Of a stretch of 26,190 nucleotides of DNA, positions 25,424-26,190 are shown piece by piece. The translations under genes were made by a program, and so were the position numbers. How positions within the stretch are numbered: the stretch's first letter is position 1; each line of letters begins with the position of its first letter. The DNA is from a virus (taxonomy: Duplodnaviria > Caudoviricetes). Location: positions 1 to 26,190 of the IMG/VR virus record IMGVR_UViG_3300032247_000296; one strand, given 5' to 3'. Under the pieces are notes generated by a model. The model made no database searches. It had not been told where the DNA came from and saw only the letters and a list, made by a program, of their open reading frames with translations.

Positions 25424-26190
25424 ATGTCTCTTTCTATCGAATCAAAATATATCAGGTTAATTTCTTCTCGCTTGCGTAACTTCAAGCAGAAGAAAGATTA
25501 CCTATGGAACTTCTCCTGCCCGATTTGCGGTGACAGTAAGAAGAATCTGAGCAAGGCAAGAGGTTATGTGTTCCAAAAGGGCACTAACCTCTTTTTCAAC
25601 TGCCATAACTGTGGAGTAGGTACAAATCTTGGTAATCTCATCAAACAAGTTGACCCATCATTACATAAGGAATATGTACTTGAGCGGTATAAATCGGGTG
25701 AATCCGGCTTCTCCAACTTTAAATCACCAAGCTTTGACATACCAGCACCAAGGTTTGATAAAGTTGCAAAAGAAAAACACTTCGAACACGCAGAGTGGGT
25801 CAGCAAACTCCCAAGTGGACATTTTTGTCTAGTATACTGTACAAATAGACGCTTTTTGTCTATAATGAGAGACAGTTTGTTGTTCACACCGAACTACAAA
25901 AAGTTTTGTGATGCATTAGTCCCAAATCACGGCAAAGAAATTACTGCTGATGCAAGGCTTGTAATTCCCTTCTATGACAAGTATAATACACTTATTGGTG
26001 TATCTGGTCGTGCATTGGAGAATAGTGATTATAAGCTACGATATGTTACACTAAGAACTAATGAATCGCAAGATAAGTTAATCTATGGTCTGGACAAAGT
26101 AAACACTAACGAACTGGTGAAGATTGTAGAGGGACCGCTTGATTCAATGTTTCTCACCAATTGTGTAGGTTCAGGTGATAGTGCGCTGAT
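25424..26190 (+). CDS. 61: T4 gp61-like DNA primase (5' part, runs off the window)
   Basis: MSLSIESKYIRLISSRL..WNFSCPICGDSKKNLSKARGY..FNCHNCG Zn ribbon; RLVIPFY, GRAL, YGLD, VEGPLDSMF TOPRIM motif; absent from the ORF track because it has no stop in the window. Confidence 0.92.
   Translation, partial: MSLSIESKYIRLISSRLRNFKQKKDYLWNFSCPICGDSKKNLSKARGYVFQKGTNLFFNCHNCGVGTNLGNLIKQVDPSLHKEYVLERYKSGESGFSNFKSPSFDIPAPRFDKVAKEKHFEHAEWVSKLPSGHFCLVYCTNRRFLSIMRDSLLFTPNYKKFCDALVPNHGKEITADARLVIPFYDKYNTLIGVSGRALENSDYKLRYVTLRTNESQDKLIYGLDKVNTNELVKIVEGPLDSMFLTNCVGSGDSAL

Noticed and set aside
628-25832. Other same-strand alternative-frame ORFs (628-873, 3759-3941, 8761-9006, 12256-12438, 22375-22695, 24566-24772, 25629-25832)
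   Set aside because: No convincing RBS or codon-usage disturbance noticed, unlike 10246-10512; explained by host-frame codon bias.
707-25887. Many minus-strand ORFs in the track (e.g. 707-1162, 13566-14123, 16650-17051, 25564-25887)
   Set aside because: All are antisense shadows of well-supported + strand genes with biased composition and no recognisable motifs.
1-26190. Stop-codon recoding, tRNAs, introns/inteins, homing endonucleases, transposases
   Set aside because: Genes tile densely under the standard code with TAA, TGA and TAG all used as stops; no gaps large enough for RNA genes and no mobile-element motifs seen.

Overview
AT-rich segment of a large T4-like (myovirus-type) bacteriophage genome; all credible genes lie on the + strand and use the standard code. 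In order: (i) a ligase-motif protein (DUF6267-like) and two small ORFs; (ii) a tightly coupled 8-gene sugar-synthesis cassette (3 glycosyltransferase-like genes, 2 SAM methyltransferases, an SDR epimerase/reductase, a HIGH-nucleotidyltransferase/cupin fusion, GDP-mannose 4,6-dehydratase); (iii) a late-gene block of probable head-packaged proteins, many starting with a T4 capsid-targeting-like M-K-x(0-1)-F-x-x-F/Y-I/L-x-E leader, including a nucleotidyltransferase-kinase fusion that contains a probable overprinted gene; (iv) collagen-like, long fibre and paired Gly-rich adsorption proteins; (v) a Gram-negative-type lysis cassette (spanins, GH19 endolysin, holin, accessory proteins); (vi) a sigma70 promoter and the 5' part of a T4 gp61-like primase. 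The most promising candidates for undescribed biology are a virion-packaged ligase plus nucleotidyltransferase-kinase enzyme set, the dual-coded nested gene, protease-site-punctuated modular head polyproteins and a possible virion glycosylation pathway. All family calls come from motif recognition by eye, without database searches.
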